From assembly GCA_043808785.1 (NCBI GenBank), contig JAZDEL010000005.1, positions 1-32,000 on the forward strand: DNA of 32,000 nt, in the 5' to 3' direction. Position 1 is the stretch's first letter. Each line of letters starts with the position of its first letter. The translations under genes were made by a program, and so were the position numbers. This DNA is from Candidatus Iainarchaeum sp. Its GTDB lineage: Archaea; Iainarchaeota; Iainarchaeia; Iainarchaeales; JAZDEL01. Shown one piece after another: positions 8,728-16,370 of this stretch. Below the pieces are notes generated by a model. The model searched no databases. It was not told where the DNA came from and saw only the letters and a program-made list of their open reading frames with translations.

Positions 8728-9869
8728 AAATAGCGTATGTTGTTTCTGGCTATGCCCCGCAATTGGGCGGCGCGGAACTTTACACACAGGGGGTTGCGGA
8801 GAGGCTTGCGAAACGCGGGCATGATGTTAGCGTAATAACTTCCCGCCCTGCGGGATACGCGCATTTTGAGGAGATTAACGGCATAAAGGTTTACAGGCTC
8901 CGCGGAACAAGGCTTCTGTTCGGGAAGATGGCGCTTTACCCCGAACTTAGGGCAACCATCGGAAAAATAATGCCTGATGCCTTGCACTGCATCGGGCACG
9001 GGCATCTGTATTCAATCGGCGCCGCAGGCGCGGCATCCAAACTCGGCATCCCGCTTTTCATGCATACATACGGCCCGCTTTCGGCGCACACGCAGCGCGG
9101 AATTCTTGAAAAGGCGCTCTGCGGAATTTACGACTGCATTGTGACCCCGCGGCTTTTCCGGAATGCGAAGGCAGTGCTTTACAGGACGCCGGGCAGCGGG
9201 GAATGGTGCATTTCAAAGGGCGCGAAGAAGGCACTGCTCGGCACAACCGGAATTGACGAGACATTCTTTGCAAAAACAAAAAATAAAAACCGCGGGCGTA
9301 GTTCAAAGGTTGTCGGGTTTGTGGGCACGATATGCAGGAGAAAGGGGGTGCAGAGCCTTGTAGATGCGGCACCGGAGGTAATAAAGAGGCACATGGGCGC
9401 GGAGTTCGTTATTGTAGGCTCGGGCAATGCGGAGACGGACAAAAATTTCGAGGCGGAATTGAGGGAAAGGGTGCGGGAACATGGCATAAGCGGGGCGTTC
9501 AAATTTATGGAGCCCATAATGCCTGACAGCCCTGAAAACAAAAAGAAAATCGCAAGGCTGTTTGATTCATTCGACGTTTTTGTGCTTCCCTCCGAATTCG
9601 AGGCGCCAGCGCAGGCAATGCTGCAGGCAATGGCGCGCGGCAAGCCTGTTGTGGTTGCCGGCATACCTATGCTGAGGGGGATTGTCGGGGACGAGAATGC
9701 GCTTTTCATAAATCCGGGGGACAGCGGCATGCTTGCCGAAAAGATAAGCGCGCTTCTTGCGGACAGCGCGCTGAGGAAACGCATGGGTGAAGCGAACATA
9801 AAGGCTGCAGGAAAGTTCTCGCTGGAACGCATAGCAGCTGAACTTGAGAAGGTTTACGGGGGATTTTGA
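8724..9869 (+). CDS. GT4-family glycosyltransferase
   Basis: Trimmed to ATG 8724 (MKIAYVVSGYAPQLGGAELY), which forms an ATGA overlap with the upstream stop. It has the motif PSEFEAPAQAMLQAMARGKPVVVAG...ENALF. Confidence 0.9.
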   Translation: MKIAYVVSGYAPQLGGAELYTQGVAERLAKRGHDVSVITSRPAGYAHFEEINGIKVYRLRGTRLLFGKMALYPELRATIGKIMPDALHCIGHGHLYSIGAAGAASKLGIPLFMHTYGPLSAHTQRGILEKALCGIYDCIVTPRLFRNAKAVLYRTPGSGEWCISKGAKKALLGTTGIDETFFAKTKNKNRGRSSKVVGFVGTICRRKGVQSLVDAAPEVIKRHMGAEFVIVGSGNAETDKNFEAELRERVREHGISGAFKFMEPIMPDSPENKKKIARLFDSFDVFVLPSEFEAPAQAMLQAMARGKPVVVAGIPMLRGIVGDENALFINPGDSGMLAEKISALLADSALRKRMGEANIKAAGKFSLERIAAELEKVYGGF

Positions 9870-10471
9870 TGGAAGGCATAAACCCTTTCAGGTACCTGCA
9901 GAACGCGCTTTCCAAAATTACGCGCAAAAGGCGCATTGATTTTTTTTTGTCAAGCATGGAACGCCAAGGGAACGCCACTGTCCTTGATGTCGGGGCAAGC
10001 GCCAACTTCCGGCTTAAATGCGGCGGACAGGGCAGGCTAATCGCCCTTAACACAAGCAGGCATGCGCTTTCAGGGCTGTGCGAAACGCCGGCGCTCTGTG
10101 TTGTCGGGGACGGATGCGCCCTGCCGTTCAAAGACAAATCTGTCGACATGGCATTCTCGAATGCGGTTATTGAGCATGCAGGCAGCTGGGAAAGGCAAAG
10201 GCTTTTTGCGGATGAGATAAGAAGGGTGGGAAAAGGGTATATTGTGTGCACTCCGAACAGGCACTTCCCCTACGAGCCGCATTTCCATCTTCCGCTTTTT
10301 CAGTTCATGCCCGCTGCCGTGCAGCGCTTCCTTAAGGGGCTTATGGGAAAGGGGCACCTTGAAGTGCGCCTGCTAAGCAGGGGGGAAATGAAGGGGCTTT
10401 TTCCCGATGCCGAGGTTTTCGGCATGACGTTCGACGCGCTACCTGAAGTGCTCATCGCGCACAGGAAATGA
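9869..10471 (+). CDS. class I methyltransferase-like protein (Methyltransf_11-like, degenerate glycine loop)
   Basis: ATG 9869 shares one nt with the upstream TGA (TGATG). It has VLDVGAS in place of the canonical GxGxG, and GDGCALPFKDKSVDMAFSNAVIEH. Confidence 0.7.
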   Translation: MEGINPFRYLQNALSKITRKRRIDFFLSSMERQGNATVLDVGASANFRLKCGGQGRLIALNTSRHALSGLCETPALCVVGDGCALPFKDKSVDMAFSNAVIEHAGSWERQRLFADEIRRVGKGYIVCTPNRHFPYEPHFHLPLFQFMPAAVQRFLKGLMGKGHLEVRLLSRGEMKGLFPDAEVFGMTFDALPEVLIAHRK

Positions 10472-10472
10472 A

Positions 10473-10675
10473 CCGCGGGCTTTGCGGCTTCGGTACCCGC
10501 GAATAGGCGCGGAGTTTGCTGTTTTGGTGCGGGGGAATCCGCGCGGTTTTTGCGGTTGCGACCCCTGTGAACCCGCGCGGATTTTGCGGTTTCAACCCGC
10601 AAATCCGCGCAGGAACCAAGCAAATATGCGCGGGGGTTTTTTGTTTTCAGTCCCGCGAATCCGCGCAGGTTTCGC
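10473..10675. repeat. array of about six degenerate full or half copies of a GC-rich palindrome (idealised CCGCAAAATCCGCGCGGATTTTGCGG)
   Basis: Copies read by eye are as follows. 10473-10487 is CCGCGGGCTTTGCGG. 10496-10519 is CCCGCGAATAGGCGCGGAGTTTGC. 10531-10555 is GGGGGAATCCGCGCGGTTTTTGCGG. 10572-10589 is CCCGCGCGGATTTTGCGG. 10596-10613 is CCCGCAAATCCGCGCAGG. 10652-10675 is CCCGCGAATCCGCGCAGGTTTCGC. The array fills the convergent spacer between 9869-10471(+) and 10647-11645(-). Confidence 0.65.
10575..10647. terminator. hairpin plus T-tract in the convergent spacer (candidate terminator)
   Basis: GCGCGGATTTTGCGG (10575-10589) pairs with CCGCAAATCCGCGC (10597-10610), giving 14 bp with one bulge and a 7-nt loop. 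Downstream lies GCGCGGGGGTTTTTTGTTTTC (10628-10648). Confidence 0.4.
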
Positions 10676-11645
10676 ATATCGAGAGTTTCCGCATGCGCAT
10701 CATCTCTCTTGCGCGACCGTATTCCTTGCTGCCCCATATGTCCCTGAAAGGAACCTCGAGCGCGTTCCCGAACCTGTACTTCGAATGGAAATCGTAGCAG
10801 CAGGGCGTGACCGTGCCGTCGACAAGCACAACGCCCTTCCTTATGAACGAGCAGCCCTTGTCCGAGGTGTTGGCGGCATAATCTTTCGGCAGGAATTTTT
10901 CCTTCATGTCGGCAATTTCCCGAGGAGTGTAGCCCCATGAAGGTATTGCAAAGGATTTTATCGTGGCGGTCGCATCCAAGGATGCGGCAAACTTTTTGAA
11001 CTCATGCACCTCGTGCCTGTTAAGCTTTGTTTCAATCATCTGCAGCACAAGCTTCGGCTTTGCGCTGCGTGCAGCGCGCTTCTCCTCGGCAAATGCCGCG
11101 AGGTTTTGCATAACCTCCTCGAAATTCCCGCCCCTGCGCATTTTTTCGTAATTTTCCTTTGTGATGCTGTCAAGCGAAACTATGAGCCTGTCAAGTTTCG
11201 CATTTATGAGCCTGCGGGATGTTTCACGGGTAAGCAGGGTTGCGTTCGTGTTTACAATCGAGTTAAGGTTTTTTGAGGATGCGTATCCGACCATCTCGGG
11301 CAGTTCGGGATTGAGCAGCGGCTCCCCCGCGAAAAACAGCCACAGGTAATGCACGGAACAAGGCAGGCCGTCCACGACCTTCCTGAACTCGGCAAGTTTC
11401 ATAAGGCTTCTTTTGCGCTTAAGGCTTGCGTGCGGCGTAGTGCAGAACTCGCAGCGCAGGTTGCACGAGTTCACAGGCTCTATACTCATGGCATGCGGCA
11501 TGCCGGCAAGCCACGAGGGCGCTGCAAAAGCCATATGCGCGGTTTTGCCGAACTCGGCGCAGAGGAAATCACGCCAAGATTCCGCAGCCAGCCTTTTTGC
11601 AAAGCCAAATGCCCTGAGTGCATTCGCTTTTATGCCGCCGCTCAT
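10647..11645 (-). CDS. radical SAM enzyme with twitch/SPASM-like C-terminal domain
   Basis: It has the CxxxCxxC motif (SCNLRCEFC) after MPHAMSIEPVN. The C-terminal part has DGTVTPCCYD (GX4C) and ends CETCADSRD-stop. Its ATG forms an ATGA overlap with the stop of the upstream GT4 gene. Confidence 0.9.
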   Translation of the reverse strand: MSGGIKANALRAFGFAKRLAAESWRDFLCAEFGKTAHMAFAAPSWLAGMPHAMSIEPVNSCNLRCEFCTTPHASLKRKRSLMKLAEFRKVVDGLPCSVHYLWLFFAGEPLLNPELPEMVGYASSKNLNSIVNTNATLLTRETSRRLINAKLDRLIVSLDSITKENYEKMRRGGNFEEVMQNLAAFAEEKRAARSAKPKLVLQMIETKLNRHEVHEFKKFAASLDATATIKSFAIPSWGYTPREIADMKEKFLPKDYAANTSDKGCSFIRKGVVLVDGTVTPCCYDFHSKYRFGNALEVPFRDIWGSKEYGRAREMMRMRKLSICETCADSRD

Positions 11646-12748
11646 TCCACAGCCTCCCTGTAAATCGCGCCGAGCTTTTTGTTTACCGCGACTGTGCCGA
11701 ACATTTCGTCAAAGCGCTTCCTGCCTGCCATGCCCATTTTTTTGCGCAGGCTACGCGACTCGATGAGCTGCAGCAGCGCGCCCTCCAATGCATCCGCGCT
11801 GCCCGGCCCAACAAGCACGCCAGTCTTCCCGTCCTCGACAATTTCGGGTATTGCGTTTATGCCTGTTGCAACAACTGGCAGGGAAAATGCCATTGCCTCC
11901 TGAAGGACGATGCCGTGTGCGTCTATAGGCGAGGGGAAGCAGAATATGTCAGCCTCGCGGTAGAAGCGCGGAATTTCCGCATACTGCATGAAGCCGTATT
12001 TCTTCACGCCCTCGATGCCGTTTGGCACCTCATCGCCGCTGCCCACAACAACAAGCTCCAGTTCCGGAAACCTTTTTTTCAGCCTCCCGAAAGCCTCGAG
12101 CAGCACATTCCCGCCCTTGCGCGCAAACTGCGTCGAGACAAAGAGGATGCGAAGGGCTTCGGCTTCGGCGGCGGCAGAATCCCGCCTGCGGGAAACCGTT
12201 TCTGGAATGTCGAGCCCCGGGGGAATTACCTCTATTTTCCCGTGGCCGATGCCCGGCACGCGCTCCTCCAGCGTGCGCACTGCATAATTTGAAAACGGAA
12301 TCAGTTTTTTGCAGTTTTTTGAATTAATAACCTTCCGCAAAATGAAGCCTGCCCTCTGCCTGAGTTCCGGGCGGTTGCGGAAGTAATAGAATGTGTTTGC
12401 CGTGTCAAACGCAAAAACCCAGGGCTTGTTTGCGTGCAGCGGCGTAACCATTGAATGCACCAGCGAGATGCCGCTTTCATGCGGAAGGGAGAGGCGCCTC
12501 ACAATGGGCAGGTTTGTCTTCAGCGCTGCCGAAACTGTTTTTGCAAGCGGAATTTTGTAGAGTGCGCCCGTGTATGAAAAGACACTTGCAGGAACAAGGC
12601 GCCCGCTGTGGTCCGCGTTTATGAACTCGCGGTGCCCCGCCGTGTAGCTGCCGTAGAAATAGTTCACTCCGTCCGGCGGGCTGCCGAGAAGGTTCCTGAG
12701 ATAGGTTGCCCCGCCCTGGCCCGGATAGCCGTAGAAAAAGACATTCAT
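11642..12748 (-). CDS. GT4-family glycosyltransferase
   Basis: 368-aa ORF with ILFVSTQFARKGG and PSPIDAHGIVLQEAMAFSLPVVATGINAIPEIVEDGKTGVLV. ATGA overlaps at both ends. Confidence 0.9.
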   Translation of the reverse strand: MNVFFYGYPGQGGATYLRNLLGSPPDGVNYFYGSYTAGHREFINADHSGRLVPASVFSYTGALYKIPLAKTVSAALKTNLPIVRRLSLPHESGISLVHSMVTPLHANKPWVFAFDTANTFYYFRNRPELRQRAGFILRKVINSKNCKKLIPFSNYAVRTLEERVPGIGHGKIEVIPPGLDIPETVSRRRDSAAAEAEALRILFVSTQFARKGGNVLLEAFGRLKKRFPELELVVVGSGDEVPNGIEGVKKYGFMQYAEIPRFYREADIFCFPSPIDAHGIVLQEAMAFSLPVVATGINAIPEIVEDGKTGVLVGPGSADALEGALLQLIESRSLRKKMGMAGRKRFDEMFGTVAVNKKLGAIYREAVE

Positions 12749-13605
12749 TCCTGCCGCGCCCCCTTTGGAATTTCAAGCGTGCAGCCCGGCTTTATGCAGT
12801 AAACCCGCCCGCCATATTCGAATGAGAGCGGCACATTGAACCTCTGCGCATCAAGCCGCGAAACCGCACGCACAGTAAGGGTGCGCGCGGATTCGGAAAC
12901 AGCCTCTATTTTAGAATTCTCCCTCTCGAGTATGTATTTTGCCACGTTCGCCATGGTATCTATCCATACGTCTCCGGAACGCAGGGACGCGAGGTGCCTG
13001 TCAAGCTGGCTCGGCATCGTGCAGTAGCTGTAACCTTTTTTTATGCCAATCAAGTGATGTATCTCGATAAGCCACCCCCCTGCGGACTTCTCAAGCCAGC
13101 CGTCCATTTCGCGCGCAGTGCTGCAGGTGCTTGAAAATGCGCCGAGGCACAAAAGGTCGTGGGGAGTGCTGCTGTTCGGCTTGTCTCCACGCACCCTCCC
13201 GGCAAGGTAGTGCCGCCTTGCCGCATTTCGGATGCGGTAGTTGTGCCTTGCATAAGGGTATGCGATTGTTTCCGCCCCGAGCATGTGCCCCGACTCCGAA
13301 AGTTCGCGCAAAACCTCGCCCTGGCCCAAATCAACAAGGCGCCTGTGGGTCATGCCGTGGCTTGAGATTTCGTGCCCCGCATTCCTAAGCGATTCCATCT
13401 CAGCAAGCGAGATGCACTGCGTGCCCTCGAACCGCTTTCCCAGCAGCCCTGCAATGACTGCAAAATTCGCCTTTATTCCGTGTTTTTCGAGTATCGGAAG
13501 CGCGGCATTCACGCTATCGCGCCAGCAGTCGTCGAAAAATATGGTTGTTGCAGTTGCCTTCCCGCCTGACCACGTGCAAATACTGAAGTCGCCCCCATTC
13601 GGCAT
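12745..13605 (-). CDS. polysaccharide deacetylase (CE4 / NodB homology domain)
   Basis: It has NodB motif 1 FFDDCW (TFDDG-like) and motif 2 SSHGMTH. The ORF extends to a GTG at 13647. ATG 13605 is preferred because 13606-13667 looks like a promoter spacer. No signal peptide. Confidence 0.85.
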   Translation of the reverse strand: MPNGGDFSICTWSGGKATATTIFFDDCWRDSVNAALPILEKHGIKANFAVIAGLLGKRFEGTQCISLAEMESLRNAGHEISSHGMTHRRLVDLGQGEVLRELSESGHMLGAETIAYPYARHNYRIRNAARRHYLAGRVRGDKPNSSTPHDLLCLGAFSSTCSTAREMDGWLEKSAGGWLIEIHHLIGIKKGYSYCTMPSQLDRHLASLRSGDVWIDTMANVAKYILERENSKIEAVSESARTLTVRAVSRLDAQRFNVPLSFEYGGRVYCIKPGCTLEIPKGARQE

Positions 13606-13667
13606 AGTCAGGTTAGGGGCAAAACAACTAATAAATATTGCTGTCACAGATATATCTGCGTGTTGCG
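13606..13667. promoter_or_regulatory. 62-bp divergent promoter spacer with a shared AT-rich box
   Basis: AATAAATATT (13630-13639) lies 25-34 nt from the minus-strand ATG (13605) and 29-38 nt from the plus-strand ATG (13668). A second box, GATATATC, lies at 13648-13655. This spacing fits archaeal TATA boxes driving leaderless or short-leader mRNAs. Confidence 0.4.
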
Positions 13668-14630
13668 ATGGAAGATGCGATATTGGTTACTGGCGGCGCG
13701 GGCTTCATAGGAAGCACCGCAATAGCGGCGCTTTTGGGCGAGGGGGCGCGCATAGTTTGCGTGGACAATTTCAGCGACGACTACGACCCCGCGCTTAAGA
13801 GGAAAAATATAAAGCCCTTCCTCGGCAACGAAAATTTCACGCTTATCGAGGCGGATATCCGCGACAAAAAAATCATGGAAAAGGCTTTCAGGAAGGGCAA
13901 ATTCGCCAAGGTTCTGCACCTTGCGGCAAGGGCTGGCGTAAGGCAGAGCATTGCGCAGCCCGAACTATACGAGGACATCAATGTCCGCGGAACCCTGAAC
14001 ATGCTTGATGCAGCAAAGGCGCACGGAGTGAAGGATTTTGTATTTGCATCATCCTCGAGCATTTACGGCGCGACGAAAAACATCCCGTTCAAAGAAGGGG
14101 ATGGCGGCATTGCGGTTTCCCCTTATGCCGTAACCAAGAGGGCGGGCGAACTTTACTGCAGTTACTACAGCAGGGCATACGATATGAACTGCGCCTGCCT
14201 GCGCTATTTCACAGTTTACGGGCCGGGGCAGAGGCCCGCGCTTGCGATACACAAGTTCACAAGGCTTATAAGCGAGGGCATGGAAGTGCCGATTTACGGC
14301 GACGGCAGCAGCGCGCGCGATTATACTTATGTAAGCGACATAGTGCGCGGCACCCTTGCCGCGCTTGAATTTTCTGGAAAAAACCGCGGCTTCCAGATAA
14401 TAAACCTCGGCAACTCGCGCCCCGTGAACATTATGGAGCTTGTGGGGCTTATAGAGAAGGAGTTAGGAAAAAAGGCGAATGTAAGGCACGTGCAGGAGCA
14501 GGCAGGGGATGTGAAGGTTACGCATGCGGACATATCAAAGGCAGGGCGCCTGCTCGGCTACGAGCCGAAAATGAAAATCGAGGAAGGGATAGGCAAATTT
14601 GTCGAGTGGTACAATTCCGGGGGAAAGTGA
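13668..14630 (+). CDS. NAD-dependent epimerase/dehydratase (extended SDR), UDP-glucuronate 4-epimerase-like
   Basis: It has the Rossmann motif VTGGAGFIGS, DNFSDDYDPALKRKN, SSSSIYG, the catalytic YAVTK (YxxxK) and RYFTVYGPGQRP. All are typical of the CapI / UDP-GlcA 4-epimerase group. Confidence 0.85.
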   Translation: MEDAILVTGGAGFIGSTAIAALLGEGARIVCVDNFSDDYDPALKRKNIKPFLGNENFTLIEADIRDKKIMEKAFRKGKFAKVLHLAARAGVRQSIAQPELYEDINVRGTLNMLDAAKAHGVKDFVFASSSSIYGATKNIPFKEGDGGIAVSPYAVTKRAGELYCSYYSRAYDMNCACLRYFTVYGPGQRPALAIHKFTRLISEGMEVPIYGDGSSARDYTYVSDIVRGTLAALEFSGKNRGFQIINLGNSRPVNIMELVGLIEKELGKKANVRHVQEQAGDVKVTHADISKAGRLLGYEPKMKIEEGIGKFVEWYNSGGK

Positions 14631-15406
14631 TGGGCGGCAAAAGCATGGCTACGGGAAAAGGCAGGGTTGATTGGCTCGGAAAGCACTTCGAATTCAATGC
14701 CAAAAAGTACGCATACTCCTACAGCAATTGGGAGCCGCGCAGGGCCAGGATGCTTGAAATAATGCCGCAGGAAGGCATATCGCGGGCGCTTGAAGCAGGC
14801 TGCGGGAGCAACCCCCTTATAGAGGCGCTTCCTGCAGGCGTTGAAAAATTCGGCTTGGATATTGCCCGCCAGCGGCCGAAGGGCGTGAAGTTCAGGCGGC
14901 ACAATGTCGAGGACGGCATCCCTTTCGCGGACGGCTATTTCGATTTGGTTGTTGCGGGGGAAATTATAGAGCATGTTTACGAGACGGGAAGATTCCTGCG
15001 GGAATGCAACCGCGTTCTGCGCAAGGGCGGCACGCTCCTTGTCTCAACCCCTAACACGGGCTCGCTGCGCAACATAAAGGATGCAATTCTCGGAAGGCAG
15101 CCGAGGTATATGGATTACGATGCCGTGCTGCGCCCACGCGACAGCGGGCACATAAGGCACTACTCGCGCAGCGCGCTTTTCTCGCAACTGTGGGAATGCG
15201 GCTTTTCTGCCGAGCGCCTGACAAGCGACTTTGTATATTTCCCCCTGCATTTCCACATAAAACCAATAGGCTGGCTTGGAGAGAAGCTTGCGGCGCTGGT
15301 TCCGCGCTACGGGGATTCGCTTATCGTGAGGGCGAGAAAGATTTCGGATCATAACTATTGCGCTCCAGGAAAGTTTTGCGGCTTTTTGGCCCAAGGGGTT
15401 TTTTGA
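14630..15406 (+). CDS. class I SAM-dependent methyltransferase (paralogue A1)
   Basis: ATG 14630 shares one nt with the upstream TGA. It has LEAGCGSNP and FDLVVAGEIIEHVYETGRFLRECNRVLRKGGTLLVSTPN. It is a clear paralogue of 19100-19819. It carries a 21-aa Cys-containing tail (ISDHNYCAPGKFCGFLAQGVF) that the paralogue lacks. Confidence 0.85.
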   Translation: MGGKSMATGKGRVDWLGKHFEFNAKKYAYSYSNWEPRRARMLEIMPQEGISRALEAGCGSNPLIEALPAGVEKFGLDIARQRPKGVKFRRHNVEDGIPFADGYFDLVVAGEIIEHVYETGRFLRECNRVLRKGGTLLVSTPNTGSLRNIKDAILGRQPRYMDYDAVLRPRDSGHIRHYSRSALFSQLWECGFSAERLTSDFVYFPLHFHIKPIGWLGEKLAALVPRYGDSLIVRARKISDHNYCAPGKFCGFLAQGVF

Positions 15407-16287
15407 TGGCCGATAAATTAAAAAACATAAAAGAAAAAATCAGGAAAGAACTGGCGAAAAATCCTGCTTATCTGGACGGCTGTGATGTGCCGGCATTAAA
15501 AGCGGTATTGTTCGAAACCGGCTCCGCCTGCAACAGGAAATGCGCCTGGTGCCCCAATTACACTACTGACAGAGGGAACCATTTTTTGGGCGATAAAGTT
15601 TTTTATAAAGTAATGGCCGAGCTTAAGGAAATGAAATTTGAAGGGAGGGTTTCATTCAGCATGTACAATGAACCCCTGCTTGACAAAAGGCTCCCGAAAT
15701 TTATTGAACACGTGAGAAAAAACATCCCTTCGGCATATATATACCTGAACACCAACGGGGACGCACTGACCTCGGATGTCTGGAAAAGCCTTCGGGGGAA
15801 GGGGCTGGACTATGCCAACGTCTCCCAATATGACGGAAAAATAAATGAAAACATTGAAAAAATCCTGAATGGATTGGATTCGGGTGAAAGAAAGCATCTC
15901 GGCGCACATATTTTTGATTTGAACACCATTAACAACAGGGCGGGATTGATTAAATCAAGGGCGCTTGAGAAGCCTTTGCAGGAGAAGTGTTCCCGGCCTT
16001 CTTACCAATTGTGCATTAATTACAAAGGCGAAGTTGTTGTTTGCTGCAATGATTACCACGGTTCGGTTACGGTAGGCGACGCGGGCAAAGAATCAATAAA
16101 AGATTTGTGGAGTAATTATGTGTTTAAGTTCTACAGGAAGAAGTTATCGGAAGGGGACAGGGCGAGTTTGGAATTATGCAATTTGTGCGATTTGTGCTCA
16201 AGCCCTGTGCCTCCAATTTATCCTAAGCCCTCATTTGCCGCGCGGGCGCGGCGGGCGCTGCGGCAAATTATAAACAATTATAAATAA
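15406..16287 (+). CDS. radical SAM enzyme with Cys-rich twitch/SPASM-like C-terminus
   Basis: ATG 15406 shares one nt with the upstream TGA. It has CxxxCxxC (SACNRKCAWC), then KGEVVVCCND (GX4C) and CNLCDLC. GC is markedly low (22/60 in each of the samples 15421-15480 and 15601-15660). Confidence 0.9.
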   Translation: MADKLKNIKEKIRKELAKNPAYLDGCDVPALKAVLFETGSACNRKCAWCPNYTTDRGNHFLGDKVFYKVMAELKEMKFEGRVSFSMYNEPLLDKRLPKFIEHVRKNIPSAYIYLNTNGDALTSDVWKSLRGKGLDYANVSQYDGKINENIEKILNGLDSGERKHLGAHIFDLNTINNRAGLIKSRALEKPLQEKCSRPSYQLCINYKGEVVVCCNDYHGSVTVGDAGKESIKDLWSNYVFKFYRKKLSEGDRASLELCNLCDLCSSPVPPIYPKPSFAARARRALRQIINNYK

Positions 16288-16370
16288 TTGCAGCCAATTT
16301 TATTATTGCATTTAAAGCGCGGTTAAAGAAAGTTTTTGAGGAAGCTGTCGGATGATTGCGGGGTAATCGG

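Noticed and set aside
10473-10675. CRISPR-like reading of the repeat array.
   Set aside because: The copies are degenerate and partly inverted. They are separated by only about 10 nt rather than by unique spacers of about 30-40 nt. No cas genes or leader are present.
10482-10940. Plus-strand ORFs (10482-10940 and 10516-10797) whose translations contain reiterated NPRGFCG / NPQIRAG-like peptides, as a possible multi-core precursor next to a SPASM enzyme.
   Set aside because: The underlying DNA repeat has a spacing of about 34 nt, not a multiple of 3, and occurs in both orientations. The peptide reiteration is therefore a by-product. Most of each ORF is antisense to the well-supported radical SAM gene.
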